From contig NC_135250.1 in the NCBI RefSeq assembly GCF_964204865.1, positions 14,322,001 to 14,386,000 of the forward strand: a stretch of 64,000 bases of DNA, written 5' to 3'. The position numbers and the translations under genes are program-made. The notes below the pieces were generated by a model. That model searched no databases and was not told where the DNA came from. It saw only the letters and a list, made by a program, of their open reading frames with translations. The stretch is from Styela clava (Eukaryota). Below are positions 1 through 15,865 of this stretch, piece after piece (the stretch's first letter is position 1; the number at the start of each line of letters is the position of its first letter).

Positions 1-3000
1 ATTGAATAATCCAGAGCATTTGATTGCAATGTTTTTGACTCTAAAACAGTAATCAAATCTTTCAAAGCGGCGAATGCTATTCAAAGTATTTGTGGTTACA
101 TCCAAATTTTGCCAAAGTGCCGTACATTTACTTTTCTTTAAGGCACTCATGTTATTATAATTTTTCAAAGACTGTCCCTGTTTTATAGTCCATTTTTTGT
201 TACTAAATAGACTATTTTCAACATAATGTTCTAAAAGAACAATTGGGTCGGTATTTGCCTTAGGCTATATATACAGCCATACTCAGATATATATTCACAA
301 CCAGCTTGAGAAATCGCCGTCTAGCGAAAAATACAATCTTAAACCACTGAAAATTTTAGAGCAATTGGGTCAGTAATTAAGAAAAGCAATTTTTTTCATA
401 ACGGCAGGAAGAATAAAAAAATAAAGAACAAGAACAACACGATAACAAAAAGACTCGTAGGTCACTCCGTGTCTAATAAAGCGTTCCTATGATTTAGTTC
501 ACTTTTGCTGCCTTCTCGCGGTAATGAAACTGATCTCCCGTTTTTTTTATTTGAGTGATCTATGTTGAACACACGCGAATCGGAACTAAGAGGATTTGAA
601 AAAAATTGTCTTCCGTAAATTGACTTTTCAATAAGGGAATAAACAATATTCAAAGCAATTGACTATTCAGCAATTTGGAACATTGGATTTCCTAGTCATT
701 GGACAAGAAGTGGACATATGTATCATTCTGAATTGCTGTTGTTTCTGAGTTAAAAATGCTTTTTTTTTTCAAAAAGAACATCAGTTGCTTTAAAATTTAC
801 AGCAGATAAATGGAGACGAGTTTTCGAGAACGCCATTGATTTAATTTGTTGTTAATTATTCGTTGTCGCTTCTACTCCCTCTTTAAATTTTGCGGAGTAT
901 AAAAATTGATCCAGCTTGTGGTATTTTGACCATCGTGTTCATATATTTTTCGCCTTGTTCTCTCTTTTAATACATTTCAAAATAAAATAACATCATTTCA
1001 ATACTAAAGATGTGCTAATCCGAAACGGTGAGGGAATGAGGTTGAAATTTCAATGATGATCAAGATGATGGTTTTGACGATTTTCAGTAAATGGATATGA
1101 AAAAAAAAATAATCCTATATTTAACATTTGATGTCATGTCAACATTTTGAGCAAAGTTATACTATAAGGTGAAATGATATTGTTGGATCATAGCACAAAT
1201 TTGTTGACGTCATTAAACGAAAAGTTGTTATACTTTGAACAGCTATGTTTTACAGACTAATGTTTGCTCATGTATTAGCCAGCCCAGTAAACGCCCATTT
1301 TATTCTATGAATATTTTTTTCCTGCTCCGTCGGCGACAGCTGAATATATATGTTTCAACAAATCCGCTTGAAGCGGTCTTATAGCCATATACTTGAACAT
1401 CAAGAATACTTTGCATGAACATAAAATTTAGTACATCGTTGATTAAACCTAACATCTTCACATTCCTGATAACTTGATATTCATTTACTTAGAATATAAA
1501 TTTGATATATCCAACCGAACATGATTTGCTTCATCAATCTTGAGCACCAACAGATACCAAGGATCCTATATTTGCATGAAGAAGATATGGGATGAGGCAT
1601 CAAATATAGAATGTGAATGCCAATAGGAAAATGCATGACCATCTTTACTGCTGAAATATTTGAAATAATAAATATATATATAATTTTAAATTCAATATAT
1701 TCAGGTGTTTTGGTTATGTACATCTGGTATAAAAACTTATCGAGCCGTTGAGACGACGCCACCAGCACTTGATGTAACTAACAGTTTCAGGAATGAGAGA
1801 TCGCCATCTTCTCTTCAAAGCACACGTCGTATTTTGTATTGTTTACTTATATATATGCAATCTAGTGAACAGAATTCATTTAAGTTGGAATTGCAAGTCA
1901 TATGCAAAATTCATGGTTTTGTATGGTGTTCATCATTAGTTATACACTGATTCTTAACACGCAGTGTTGTATCAACTTTGTTTCCACTATATCGTCCTCA
2001 AACTTGCGCATAAATCTCCAATTTTGTCGTTCTCGGTTATGCAAATGACATTCAATTGCGGAGAAGCGCCTATTGTTCGACGCTCAGTTGGTTGTTATTA
2101 CCCTGAAGTATACCACTTTCGGATACAGCTGAACAAATATTTTGAATTTATGCAAATTTTCCAAAATTGCGTTGACGTAATTTTGGACATGAGTGGTAAG
2201 TTTATAGAAATATATAAAAATTGATCATTGTTCAACACCTTAGTTATAAGAATGTTTGTCATCTTACGAAAGTAAAGGCGTGTTTTGAGCAATAATCTTT
2301 TTTTAAGCGCTTTGTATAACTTACGATTGGTCAAACCATTAGAACGCGACACAACTGACATATTGATATTTTAAATATTGCCAGGAAATAAACATTTTCA
2401 TACGCGTCACTTCATTAAATCTATTATTTATAAGGCTATTTCAGAATTGAACTTGGCAAACTGAAAATCATGTCGGGTTATTCAAGCAATCAGACATTTA
2501 AAAAAATATTTTGCGAAAACGTTTTCATTGTTTTATTTTTAGTCTTGATATTTCAATGCTAAAATGATTTATAATTAAATTTTGATTACATCTCATTCCA
2601 AAGCGTTATATTTTGGAATAAGCGATCACGATCAATAAATACACTCTGGAGTTATTCGGTGCTTCCCCTGAAGCGAGGATCCAGTAACGAGAATTTTCAT
2701 ACATGCATAAAACCGCGAAGTTTATACAAATGTTTTCATTTAAAAAGTTTTGTGTTCATTCTATTCAACTCTTAAATCAGTGAGAAAAATACAATGAGAA
2801 AACAAACCTTTTGCAACCTTTCAATGTGGAAACAAAGTGATTTGACGTACGACGAATGTCATAAGATATTGAGCCGATTGGGAATACCTTTGAACAGGTA
2901 TGTTGTACTGTTAATATTTTATTTTCATAGTCTATCTTAAAACATAGATGAACAATGCCGGTAAGACATTTCAGGCAAAAGTTACCTGAAACACCTCATT

Positions 3001-6000
3001 TGTAAAAAGTTTGCATATGTATATATATATATTTTCAAAGACCAATGGAAATTCTTTCTAAACCAGGTAGGTTCTAAAGACCAACAAGAAAGAGTGTTGT
3101 GCCTTGATTTGTAATGTGTCAAATCCACTCTTCGATAAAAATATATTTGTCAAACTCAAATTACTGTAGCCAATGGGGTTAATTGATTGCCAATGGAAGC
3201 ACGGTGGACCTACTCGATAAAGTGTACCTTATTCTCTTTTATTTCACTCATACTTATATATGTGTTGCAAATTCAGTTATGAAAACGATAAAGAAGAATT
3301 TACATTGTTAACTAGTATCAAATATACTGAAGGTTTTTAATTTTAAATTATGAAATATTTAAAGACATTATTAAAATAGATTTAATTTGGAATTATCTTA
3401 TGTGCATTTTTATTATAAATTTATGCGATGCGTGAAATTGAAGCAAATATCTAATGTTTTTTTTTTTTTTGAGGGGAAACTTCATCAAATACAGTTTTGG
3501 TATTCATTGCTAAAGAAGATCTGTTAGTTAATTCATACACAACAGGCATTTATAGAATATTTATATCAAAACTAGAACCATTTTGAATGCGATTTTCATA
3601 TTTAAACCTTCAATAAAGTCAATGAAAATTTATCGATATTTTTTGTAAAACTGGAATCATTTTTTGTGTTTATTGTCATTTTAAATCTTTGTCGTAAACA
3701 CAGCAGTCCAACATTTCATTTCAATGGGACAGGCTGTTAGTCGGTATAGAGAAATAAATATATGGTGCACATCTGCATCATTACGATTTTATTGTGCGTC
3801 AATATTTTTTATTTTGTTTTTGTTGAGAATGGTTCTGTTTTCGAAAGATCTCTTTGTGACCCTGTGTTTGCGATTACAATAAACAGCGGAACTACCGACA
3901 CCAAGGAATTTGTAGCGTACACCCCCGAAACTTTACATACGATAACAATAAATTCGAGTAACGCCTATTTAACGCCCACTGCTATGGTGTAAAAGTATAG
4001 AAAAAGAAATAGAAAAATATGAAATGCAATAAATGAATTAGCACTGATTCATTGGCGCTTTTCATTGAACCTTCCTATCGTTTATATTTTAACTACTGTA
4101 TTTTACAACGTATCACTTTTCATGAGTGCGAGGTATCCATTATTTAATGTAAAATTAGAATATCAAATCTGGAAAGACAATGCGTGAAATGCTGTTGTAG
4201 TTTGAATACCGAATTATTACTGTAGGGCATGGAAACATTTCTCTCATGAAATTCGGTAAAAGTGAGTTTTTTTTTCAATATTGCACCAATAGTTGACTTG
4301 TTGTTGCAATACTTGATGGTGCCTGAATTCCTTACGACGACCTATCGTCGAAAGGTTCCGTATTTCGCGATTGTTTTAATTTTGACAGGGAATGTTATTT
4401 ATCAAGATTTGTAAGGACTGAACAAGGGATTATCCCAAATTTTTCCTATTGTGATAAAAACAAAGCCATAACAATAGCTGTAAAGTAGGGATCACGCGCG
4501 CTTCTGTTTCTTACGACATTCGAAAGTTTAATGCTGAATATATCTGGCATCGCAAGCTTTTTCTTCTTACCTTTTATCTGCACAAATGGTATTATTTCTA
4601 GCAATTCTACACGGAAATTACAAGAAAAAACTTATTCCCATTATCCAATGTTTGATAGATAAAAAGCAGCTTGACTCCTGTTTATTGCTAAATATTTTGC
4701 CCCGTGCTGGCTTCGGAATTAATAATTTAGTATAGCAATCGAAATTTAAAATTGGTGAAACAAATATAAATGAGTAAAGCGTAACATTGTTCCATTTCGC
4801 TTGCTGTTTCACTGATGAAGGTATTAATAAAGTTCGCGATCGCGCACGTTCTTTTCCTGGAATTAGAAAATCTTGGAAAATATATTTTCTTTCACGTCAA
4901 AAATACGAGATCAGGTCTGCGAGCATTTTTTGAGCGGCAAAACCAGGGAGTGCACCAAGTCAAAATTGAGGTACAGCGTATCGTGCAGAATAATTGTAAT
5001 CAAATCAGTCTTTTGTCAATAATTCCATTTTTAGACGAGACATTTCTCCTATAATCTTTTATTCGACGCGATTAAATGCCAGCCAAACAAAAACTTTTTC
5101 TTATTTAAGCAGAGTTATGCATGATTTCTATGGTATTACGCCAGATACAGATTACATTCTCGTGTAATGATATCACCGACATGAATTGGACTACTGCTCA
5201 TGTTTGGACTATTGAAACTGCCATTTGCCTTGCCTATTAGTGCGCTACTGAGAGCCTCCGAAAATGACAATATTGGGTTTTTATGGTGTACGTAATATTC
5301 AAATGGCAATTGTAGGGAGGGATTGAAGTAAATGACATGAGAATATTTTTTCACAAAGACTTTTATTTGAAAAGAGGCAATATTGGTATTGTAGAGAGGT
5401 AAATTCATGATAACGGAAATTTGTTGGAAAGTTTATCATTTAAACAATGCGAAACGCTCATCACTTTATTGGACAAATCCCCTTGTTTGTCCCAAAATTC
5501 TAATCTGCCTCAAAGTTGAACGTGTTTCATAGAGTTAGGCACTGACAATCTCGAAATTATTTTAGTTCGATTCCATAAAGAAAGTTGCTTATAATAGTTT
5601 TTTTTACAAGCGCAAATCACTTAAAGCACGATTTTTTGTTCTGGCCCTTGTCTACTCGTAAATAGGGATGGTGAAATCGACTACGTCATTTGAATGAAGA
5701 CAATTTTTTTGAAAAAGCAGTTGGTTTGCAATCCAAGATTATCAAACCCGGTAAATTCCCTCAAACTTCGATGGGTAGATTGAAATAAGTTTTAATCTTT
5801 CTTAAAATCTACCACGCGATATAAAGAACATGTTTTGCCAAACTTGAACCAGAATTCATATTCATATCAGGCTCGAATTATATTGCCCTAGGCTTCATTC
5901 ATCCCAGAAGGGATCGATATATTTATTAATAAAGACAAATGAGCATGGGTTTGTTTATATATGGTTTCAGCTAAGTTGCAGAACCCCATTACACAACGTC

Positions 6001-7640
6001 TGGAGAGCATTTAAAATTTAAATACCTGATTTAAATCATATTCTACGGTTTACTGGTCACGGCCCATAATTGTCAGGTTGACGTCATATTGAAAAATTAA
6101 AGTGTTAAATCAACAAAGAAAAATTCAACTCTCTGAAATCTCTTCCACGGGATTTCAGATTATAAAATTTGGATTTTACAGAAGCGTTACTTTTTAATTT
6201 AGAACTGAAGACAAATATTGCTCATTGACTATTTACACATTAAAGCTTTCGCACCTTCCGCATTCTTGACTTCGTCTCAAGCATTAATGTGTCAAGATTT
6301 ATTCAGTCCTTCATTAATTATATTCGTGTTTGTAATCTTTTTTCACGATTGATTTAAATAAAAAGAGAAATGAAAAATTGAGCTGGAAGTATATTAAATT
6401 AAAGAAATGTATCATTGGTCGATCAATACGTGTGTTTACAGCATAAGCACTATCGCACGAACTTTTAGGGTTATCCCCATCTTTTTTTGAAACATAGAAC
6501 AGAATGGTATAGTATGTTTGAGAACACTTCATAGTTGGTGTGTCTGGCGAAAACATTAGTCAAATTCACGGCCGCTCACGTTCTCGTCGTATGAGCCTCA
6601 AAATTCTTCATGTTAATACATAAAGCAAAATCCTTCATTGTATTTATAACATTAGTACAAGCAGAGACTACGCGATATTTAATGTTATAAATAAAACGGT
6701 TCCTCATGAAACATAGCATTATGTTTAAGTCTAGCAGAGATTACTTTGAGATGTAGACCACTTACTACTATAGTTGTGATGAATCAATCAACATAAACAA
6801 GTGCAGTGTTCATGCTTAGACCTCAGGCTGTTTCAATTCGCAGAAAATAACTACGGTCACGTTCATGGTTTACATAATATTTACCCAGAAATGTCAAGAA
6901 TTGTGGCTTATGGCTAGAGGCATATTTTCAAAAATAAGAGCTTTAAAAAATAATAACATGCGAAATGGTGAAATTTACAAAAATGCCAATGTGTTTAGGT
7001 TAGGTATTTTGACTGCGTAACCCCTAAACACTCAGTTGAACAATTCTGTTCTCCACTTCTGGTTCACAAATTTATTGGGAGTCTTACTCACTCAATTTGA
7101 GGTCGTTGTGGACTCATTAATAACATTCTTTGCTTGGCTGACGCACAACCACCCCTGTATGCGGTTGAAACTTCAGAGCTGATACGACCGAAACTAAATT
7201 TGTTTGCTAAACCAATAAATGTTTCATTATTCTCTAATGCTTTTGTGCTTTAATTTTTCCAACAACTGAATATTCGATGTGAACCTTCACAGCAACCATT
7301 TTATCTAATACAGCAATCTATGGGGCAAAAAACGTCTCGGTGTAGACTTATATACCTACTTCTTTTCAGTACGTAGAGAATATTTTTAAAATAGAAAAAA
7401 ATTTCAATAATTTATTACAATTTTAGTCTACTCCAAAACACACTTTCAGTTTCACTTTTGAGTATTTTTCAAACTCATTAAATTTGGTATTTGGAGATTG
7501 GAGTGAGTTATTGTGCCTTTGACCTATAAAAGGGCAGCTGGACATTTTCACTGTTTTTTCGCGAACAAGGACAGGTGCGCGCGTCAATATTGTATGTTGA
7601 TTTTCTGCCAACCAAGCTAAACCGAATGGCTGTTGTTATG

Positions 7641-7843
7641 GGTTCCATTACATTTGAACCCACGTACATTTGAACCCATGGCAATTGCACCTGTATGCTA
7701 TTGCACCTATGAAATTTTTTTTGTTTTTCGGATAGTTGAACCCACACTAACCCTAACCCATGGGTTTTATCACCCGCATATAGATTGAACCCGTGGATAT
7801 ACACATGGGTTCAAATGTACGTGGGTTCAAATGTACGGTCACC
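7641..7843. mobile_element. 203-bp MITE (GG...CC ends, internal inverted TACATTTGAACCCA repeats), 9-bp TSD
   Basis: Flanked by GTTGTTATG at 7632-7640 and 7844-7852. TACATTTGAACCCA occurs twice at the left end and inverted (TGGGTTCAAATGTA) twice at the right end. A near-identical copy lies at 15663-15865. Confidence 0.85.
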
Positions 7844-10800
7844 GTTGTTATGTGTTCTGGTTTAAGTTAACAACATTAGCAAAAGCCGCAAATAAAATCC
7901 CCAACCACTCGCTTATCGATATGAAACCACTTATAACTTAACTATCTATGATAATTGATATTAAACTTGGATTTCCGTACCTAAAATAATTCTAGCATGT
8001 ATTTTACTACTTTTCACGCATTTGCAGTAATATCTGTCACTGACGTAAATTCACTCACCCGCTAGGGAATTGATCGCATATATGATTTTTTTAAGTGGAT
8101 ATGACTTTCCACTGACACACGCATATTTGAAGTTTTCGGAACACTTCGGAACTTCGGAACACTTTTTAAATCCTTATTACCAAAATTTCTTTTCATTAAT
8201 CGAATTAATATCATTTCAGGTCACAATATATGGGTTAGTATGCAGTCTATAGTCAAAATGTCGTCACGTACTTGACTGTCTATAGTGAATATAATGATAT
8301 ATTAATGCAATGTTTTAGACTGTTGTGCTATTAATACGCAAGAACACATCCATATAACATATTTTTACATTGCAGTATTGCAGAGATGCAATGTGCAAAA
8401 AATTCTAAAAATATCTATACCAAATATGGCTATAAAGAAATGTGCACTTTTGTAAAGTCAATTGAATTTTTTGAAACTATAATTTTACTTCTTGGCAAAA
8501 TGTCGTTCGTGACTCACGATCACGCTCAAGCTATTTTAGTCTCTTCATATAACCTAATTTAACAGAAAAATTTACGATTCTCCACCACAAAAATAATGAT
8601 TATCAAACCAGGTGAATTCCCTAAAATTTTTAGAGGTTCAGTTGAATTCAGCCAATGAACCGATTTTTTATAAACAAACCTTAATCTATACAATACTCCT
8701 TTTGTTATATTTCGCCAAACTTGGACTAAACGAGATGTCATTTTTACGACGCGTGATCGCTTGACTTATTTTGCCGTAGGCTTCATTTGTCCAAGAAATG
8801 TTTGGTATTTAGTAAAAGAGACATATGGACATGGAAGCTTTTTATGTGTGGCATTATCTAACTTGCTGATCACATTGCGCAATGTCTGGAAAGAAATTTA
8901 AATACCTGGGCATTAGACACACTAGGTTGGCGTCGTTGCGAAAATCATGACGTCAACAAATTTCAAGTCAATGGAGACATCGAAATTGTAAAAAATAAGT
9001 ATTACATAAACCTTGCTTTTGGCAAATATTTATAAGTTGAAACAGTTTTCCGTTCTGTCTGTACCTTCATTACAGTTACATTACTGACCATACAGTCCAT
9101 TCTAAAATGAGCATATATATATATATTGCAAAGCCATAAAAGTTTTTTGCAGATCTTGAGAAGATTATTGATTTGAAACATGTCCGTATCGTTGAGGGCG
9201 TTATTTCTCACTTGACCACGATCATGAAAACAGTGAAACGAAAATGTTTAGAAGATAAGCTTTGAATTTCAACATTTGTTCAGTTTGTCTCCGTCATCGA
9301 CAATGAAAATAAAATATTTGCATTTGTCGTCGCGTTTCGATGACACATTTTCGGTTGCGCATATTTACACAAAAACCCATTGACCAAAAGTATGGTAAAC
9401 ATTTGCTTCTCTCGTGAAATAACTAAAATTTGGATCTCTAATTATGGTTGAATATTTGGACGAGTAACTTTTGCATAAGTATAATTTATACCTTCTTTAA
9501 GAACGAAAATAATCTACCCTAAAATAAAGCTCAGGATTATTCCATAATTTACTTTCATAAAATTACTTTCATTCCAAGCTTCAAGTTTAGTAAGAAATTA
9601 TATTTTCAAAATATAGATGTGTGAAATTGAGTCCTGTTTCGCAAAACGGCGAAGGCACGCAAATGTATTTTGTCCGCACAATCGAAACTCCGCACTCAAA
9701 ATTATCCATTACTTTATTTGAATACACTTTCGCTATAATTTATCTGACAAATATCAATGTGCACGTACACAAAACAATAAAAAAGAATGAAAATATTTAC
9801 TTATAAAACAGGATATTCTCAATTCTTTAAGTGTTTCTGCGATGGAACGAGTTTCTATATTTGTAGAAATTCAAAATAATCGCAGATTTGATTGAAATTT
9901 TGAGGTCATTCCTTATTCGTAAATTTGTAATTCGGGAACTTTAAAATGTACGATAATTTTATTGCACCACAGAATCTAACGATAAGTCTAGAACTATTTA
10001 ATATTTCGTGGCTGCAAAGTCAAGATGTGCATTAATAATACCGATGAAGTTATTTCACATTTTGCATATGCAAAACTAAAAATGAAAACAAACAAAAAAA
10101 CTTTGTTTTGCGAAGTCAAATATAATTTGTTGCTCAGTTATGTTTAGAAGTTAGGGTGAAAAATTCTCCGCTCTTGTACAAACAAAGCTCTCATTCAACA
10201 TACACACATCTGCCACACCCCCAGCACCCCCCTCTCATCTAATGCGAGTAAACTACTTTTATCTGAATATGACGTAACGGAAATGTTGAACATCGCTGAG
10301 ATCACGAGATACGAATCTGTTGCCAGGTTTTAGCTTTGACCGCGTTATTTCTGGGAAGTAATGATATTGTCAATTCTAGAGACTGGTCAACTAACCGAGC
10401 AATTCTAATCATGCGTGTGCGGCACGTGGCAAATACTGACGAATGGCGCCTCGATATGGACTAGGCTATGGAGCCGTGAATGGACAGCCTTCTGAACGGT
10501 CAAATTTATTTTATGAAATATAGATTCATTTAAATTGTTGTGAATTATATTTGAACCCCAAACAAGTTTTTTTTTAAATAGCAGTTGACTGGCATGAACA
10601 GAAACATTGAAAAAGCAGCAAATAATATTTGGAAATTAGTCACCACAGAAAACTTTTAGGGGGATACAAAACATTTTGTCCGTTTGAATTACCATAATTT
10701 AATCATTAAAGTGAAATTTTAGAAATTGCGGTTTAGGTTTATCAAACGGCGTTAATGCGCCAACAAGAAAAAAACGTGTGGCCCACGGAGAACTGCCTTT

Positions 10801-10899
10801 TGACCGAAGTGTGCCCGCGAAACGAGTTATTAGTTTGGTTTAATCTGATACGTGCAAGTAATTCCAATACATATGCGATTCATAGCTTATAACTGAGTT

Positions 10900-11096
10900 C
10901 AAATATTATATGTATGTCTACACCGTTACAATGCCCTTACAACTAGCTTGTGCGAAACGAACAACGCATGTCATAAGATCAATAACCAAATTCTTGTGCT
11001 CAACTACTATAAAGCCCATGTTAAATAAATGTGCGGCCCGCGGTTTCACCCAGTTATTTGTATCTGGCTCTCCTGTATTAAAGGTTGCACACCAAC
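10900..11096 (-). mobile_element. Degraded end of a hAT-like MITE related to the 34567-35419 element
   Basis: 10996-11094 aligns by eye to the reverse complement of 34567-34670 (TGCGGCCCGCG...ACCCAGTTATT...AAAGGTTGCACACC). The left boundary is uncertain. Confidence 0.6.
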
Positions 11097-14000
11097 CCAT
11101 GTGTCGTATAGGATAATCGCATTATGAGCGTTTTTTAGTGAATCGAAAAATGCGTTTGATATTCAATAGTATTTTAACATTTTCAATATATGAAAACATT
11201 TTAGGAAACATAATTTTGGTGGCTGATGACATTATCGCAAATTGTCGCTGCTATTTTTAATTTGTCAACAATACGCATTTTATCACACTTTGTCGAGAAT
11301 TAATTCTCATGTTTCGATTTTTTTTCTGCTAATGGATTATCAAACCAGGTTAATTCCCGAGGTAATAAAACATAATTAAGATAACAATCTGCAACGTAGT
11401 TGTATAATACAAAATCTTATGATCGCCAATCACAAGACTCAATGCACTGCGTGGCGGTGGAAGGGACTTACTCTGCCTCAGGTGTCTTTTTATCCGAGTA
11501 GAGACTGGTTTATCAAATCTACAAATTCGACTAATAACCGTTTCATGTAATTCAGTATTATCTGATGTATTAATCTTTTTTCATTTTAATATAAATACCT
11601 AAATAATCCGGAACGTTATTGCACAATATTTAAAGGGCATTTATATCTCAAATTCCGACGCAAAGAAGGTACGTTTACATTATTTTGTTTGCATATTTGT
11701 AATGCTACACTTATTGATTTTAATCCAAATCTAGCTTCCCTATTGTTCTGGCTCTCTCCCAATCTTAGTTATTTTTCTCTATCGGAAACAGACCAAACAT
11801 TTGATACCATTATGCAAAGGCATAGGGCAAGGAAGGTAGCTAGTTTCACGTAACCCTGACTGTTAAAAAAGAGAATGAAGTGCATATTTCACCATAGTTT
11901 TCGTAGTGTTTAAACCTTTAAGTTTGAACACTTATACAATCATTGAAGAACTTTAAAATTGTGTCAACTCTATTTATTCAGCCCACATATTTTACCCCCA
12001 AAAAAACAATATTCCGTGACAAATTCACCCATATATCATATGTTCAATTTATGTTTTGTTTAAATTTTGAGTTTGGTTTTTAACATCTTATACCGAAATT
12101 ACCTAAACCGAGAGAATAATCCTAAATCAAGTCATTATAAAGTCGTCACATGAATAATTATGCTGTTTAGAAAAAAAAAAAAACTTTTACTTTAACCTAC
12201 TTGCGATTTTTTTTGTCAACTTATCATTTGATATTTTCGTAGTGTTCGCTGCACTCGACGATTCCTATATTTCATGAATGGGTATTTCCCACGGGATTCT
12301 CTCGTTTTACAACTTTGGAAATGATTTACAAATGAAGTTCCAAGTTAATATTTCTCTCGTTTACAACGGCAAAGTAAAGCATCGGGAATGGAATAATACT
12401 GGTAAACGTTCACGTTTAACACAATAAATGGGCCGAATCCTCGGTTAAAGTTTTCAATAAAAATACATTTATATTATTAAAAGATGATTTCGGAAATCGG
12501 GGGAAGTATTTTTAACTTGTTTAAAAACGATAAATACATTAAACACATATTGGGTGCTAAAACTTGGACAGTTATTTGGAGTAGTGTAAACATGTATCAA
12601 TAAAATCAGCATATTGTTCAAATAAATTTGAGCTACTTTTCTATTTAATTATGAAAAGAGGGCATAGGAGTTACGGAGTTGCGCCAAAATCACTGCCTCA
12701 CGCAAATAAATTTGATTCGAGTTTTACACTTGTAAAAACACAAAGCCTAACGGATTTCCGCATCATCCATATTTCGTTAAACATTTTATGACGCAAGTAT
12801 CACCCTCCCGTTAGCATTTCATGTAATTTTGTTGAATTTTAGTGAAACCATTTCCTACGAAGGTAAGGAATGGGGGGGGGGGGGGGGATTTGGGCACAGT
12901 AAAAAGCTGAGCAGAACGAAATATGGTCTATGTTAGTAAAATACACTTACAATGGATTATTGCATTGTTCCATAAATTTTATAATATAATTATTATGAAT
13001 AAAGTACACGTTAATTCAATCTATTCTGGTCTATATTGTTTTAAAATGTTTACAAACTTATTTTCCAACCAGGGAAAAGCGTCATCTGTTATTATCTGAA
13101 ACTATTTCTGAATAGCATCAGACACTGCATAAGATTGAGTCTCAAGTTCGACCTTTCAACTCATATTAAAGTGTTCATTCAATAGGGGTGCGCGTCGATC
13201 GCTTTCGCACAAGTCAATTTGTACGATTCGTTCATTTTTTTTGTCGTGTCGCACTAAATTTGCTACATTTATCACGATTTTATTCAGACCCCCACATTTG
13301 TGCGGATTGCAATATGTTCCACAACGTATGAAAATTTTGTTGAACGGCAGAGCAAAATCATCCATCGCTAATTTCACTGCCAATTTTCTTTAATCTAAGT
13401 GTTTTTATTTTTGACAAACTTTAATTTATTTCTATAAACGTTATTAACCAAATAAGATTGATAAAATTTATTTAAAAATGTTCAAAATGAAGGATTATCA
13501 AGCGATTTGTGAGAAATAGAATTTTCTGATGAAATATTTACCAAGTATTAATGGGAAGAAACTCAAATTACGAGGCCTATCGTGGGATAAAAACGCCTTT
13601 CGCTCGGATTAACGCCCTGTGCAAGCGTGTTACCCAACCCTGTTATAGATAGACGACAATATGCTGCGTTAAAACCGTTCTAAACGAAAGATAATTTAAA
13701 TTAAAAAAAAAGTATCTTAAATAAAATATTGAGATGTGCTTCAAGGCAATGTCAGAAACAAAATTTTCGCAAATTTATTGCGTCATCTAGCTAGCACATG
13801 CCCAACAATTTTTTACCTTTTATTCCTGTTCCACCGACTCGTTTCGTTTTTGGTGTCGGGGTAAATATTCAATAAAATTCTTTGTATTTTCGCAAATTTG
13901 TCCAAGATTGCAACACTAAATGTGAAATACAGTTTCCGGCTGATAGCTAGAAAGTAACGTAATGTGTGCATTTCGATAAATCATTGTTTACCCTAAAATT

Positions 14001-15662
14001 TTTATATTATTTTTTTTATATTTGTCAGTGATAGTGATACGGCGCCGTGTTAGATGCGAGTTTTACCATTTGCTGAATGTACCATCGTCCGGGGATGGCC
14101 GTTGAACGATTTAATACAGCATTCTCTCTTATACATACATAGTAGATGCGCAAATATTATATAATATACTTTATGTTAGTGAGGTATATATACTGACTTG
14201 TATGTATGTAGTTTGCAAAATCATATCAGTTGTTTTCGTCGCTATGACGTATTACACAGAGTACACAAACATACAATAGTAGTCATACATAAAACAGTTG
14301 TAAATGTCTGCCAAAGATATGATGTTAGTTCACGCTGCGAGATTAAAATTAAAAAACTGATAAAGTATCATTTTGTTCACCGACATATATATATTCAATG
14401 ACACCATTATATCAAGCAATTTCAACATATGTTTCTGTTGAGAGACCTTGTTTTCTACCAGTTCCTGTTTAGAGAAATTGGAGACATCTCTAGTGTACTT
14501 TTCCATGCATTCTATTTCACAAAATGTGGTGCAAAATTACTATTGAACTCCTTTGCGAGTTATTAGAATTAGGACTGTCATTTTTTCATGTCGAGGTTGT
14601 TTGAACTCGACCAAAAAAGCTCGGAGTTACTATACGAGGTAGCAAAGACATCCAAACAAACTTCGTTACACAAATTTCATGGAAAATAAATTATATCAAA
14701 TGCCAAATAAAATTACAGTGAGCGTTACTTTCAACTATATACAAACTCATTTGTCCACCAAAGACGTACATATATTGGTGGTAGTGTGGTAATTTACATT
14801 TTAAACCACATTACGTATATGTGAGTTGACGAACAATATGACGAACACACTTTAAGACAAGCTCATTTTTTGTTTGATTTCTCTTTATTATAATACAGCA
14901 TACCCATCGATGACGTCATATGTTAATATGATTGTCCGTATATCGTTAAATTATATCAGTCCGTCCCATATTGTTCAAACCAATGATGTAAATTATCGTT
15001 TTAAAGTGCGCACATAGACAGATATCTCAACGTTTCCAATGGCTTCCCCTGGTACACCATAGACGCGTGTCAGATATCAGAAAACAATAGATTTACGATT
15101 ACACCTATGCTATATATACAAGACACATCAGCGCAGCTTTATGATTCCGAATTCACTGGAATCGAACAGATTTCCGCTTCGCAACATAAATATGGTATTG
15201 TACCACTTAGATGTCATGCTAATTCGTTTTATGGGGCGAGTGTATAGCAGAAGTTCGAGCTGCCGACTTGTCAAATAATAAAATGGATTAAGGTGGATTT
15301 GCCGAGTAGACATTTGTTTAATATTTTATACAATTAGGACAACGTATGGGATTTATAAATAGAATTGTTTTAGAAAATTCAATATGGATTGGTATAATAA
15401 AAAAATGAATAAATTGGAAATAAAGGTACGCTTAAAAAATGAAAAAAATCTATTATATGATGACAACATTTTGACTTAGATATCGTCATTTGATGTACCG
15501 CTGGGTGATTACTCATTATCAAATACACTAGTACAGTATTTTGTGACTATTGTATGCACGGAACTGTACGCAGCTGTACTTTGAATCTGGACATTATTGA
15601 CAAAGAGTTAACTCGATAATCAAAACTTAATCGGAATCCCCAAAGATAGCATTTGTTTTGAC

Positions 15663-15865
15663 GGTTCCATTACATTTGAACCCACGTACATTTGAACCCA
15701 CGACAATCGCACCTGCATGCCATTGCACCTATGGAATATTTTTTGGTTTTACGGATATTTGTACCCATACTAACCTAACCCATGGGTTTTAGCACCCGCA
15801 AATTGATTGGACCCGCGGATATACACATGGGTTCAAATGTACATGGGTTCAAATGTACGGTCACC
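15663..15865. mobile_element. Second copy of the 203-bp MITE, 8-bp TSD
   Basis: Flanked by GTTTTGAC at 15655-15662 and 15866-15873; same termini GGTTCCATTAC...GTACGGTCACC as 7641-7843. Confidence 0.85.

Noticed and set aside
3762-3992. Small secreted protein ORF (76 aa)
   Set aside because: The hydrophobic start is explained by T-rich sequence; no recognisable motif or splice support.
10793-10853. U2 snRNA-like words (GCCTTTTG, AAGTGT, ATCTGATACGT)
   Set aside because: The branch-point pairing sequence GTAGTA and the Sm site are absent, and the spacing is wrong.
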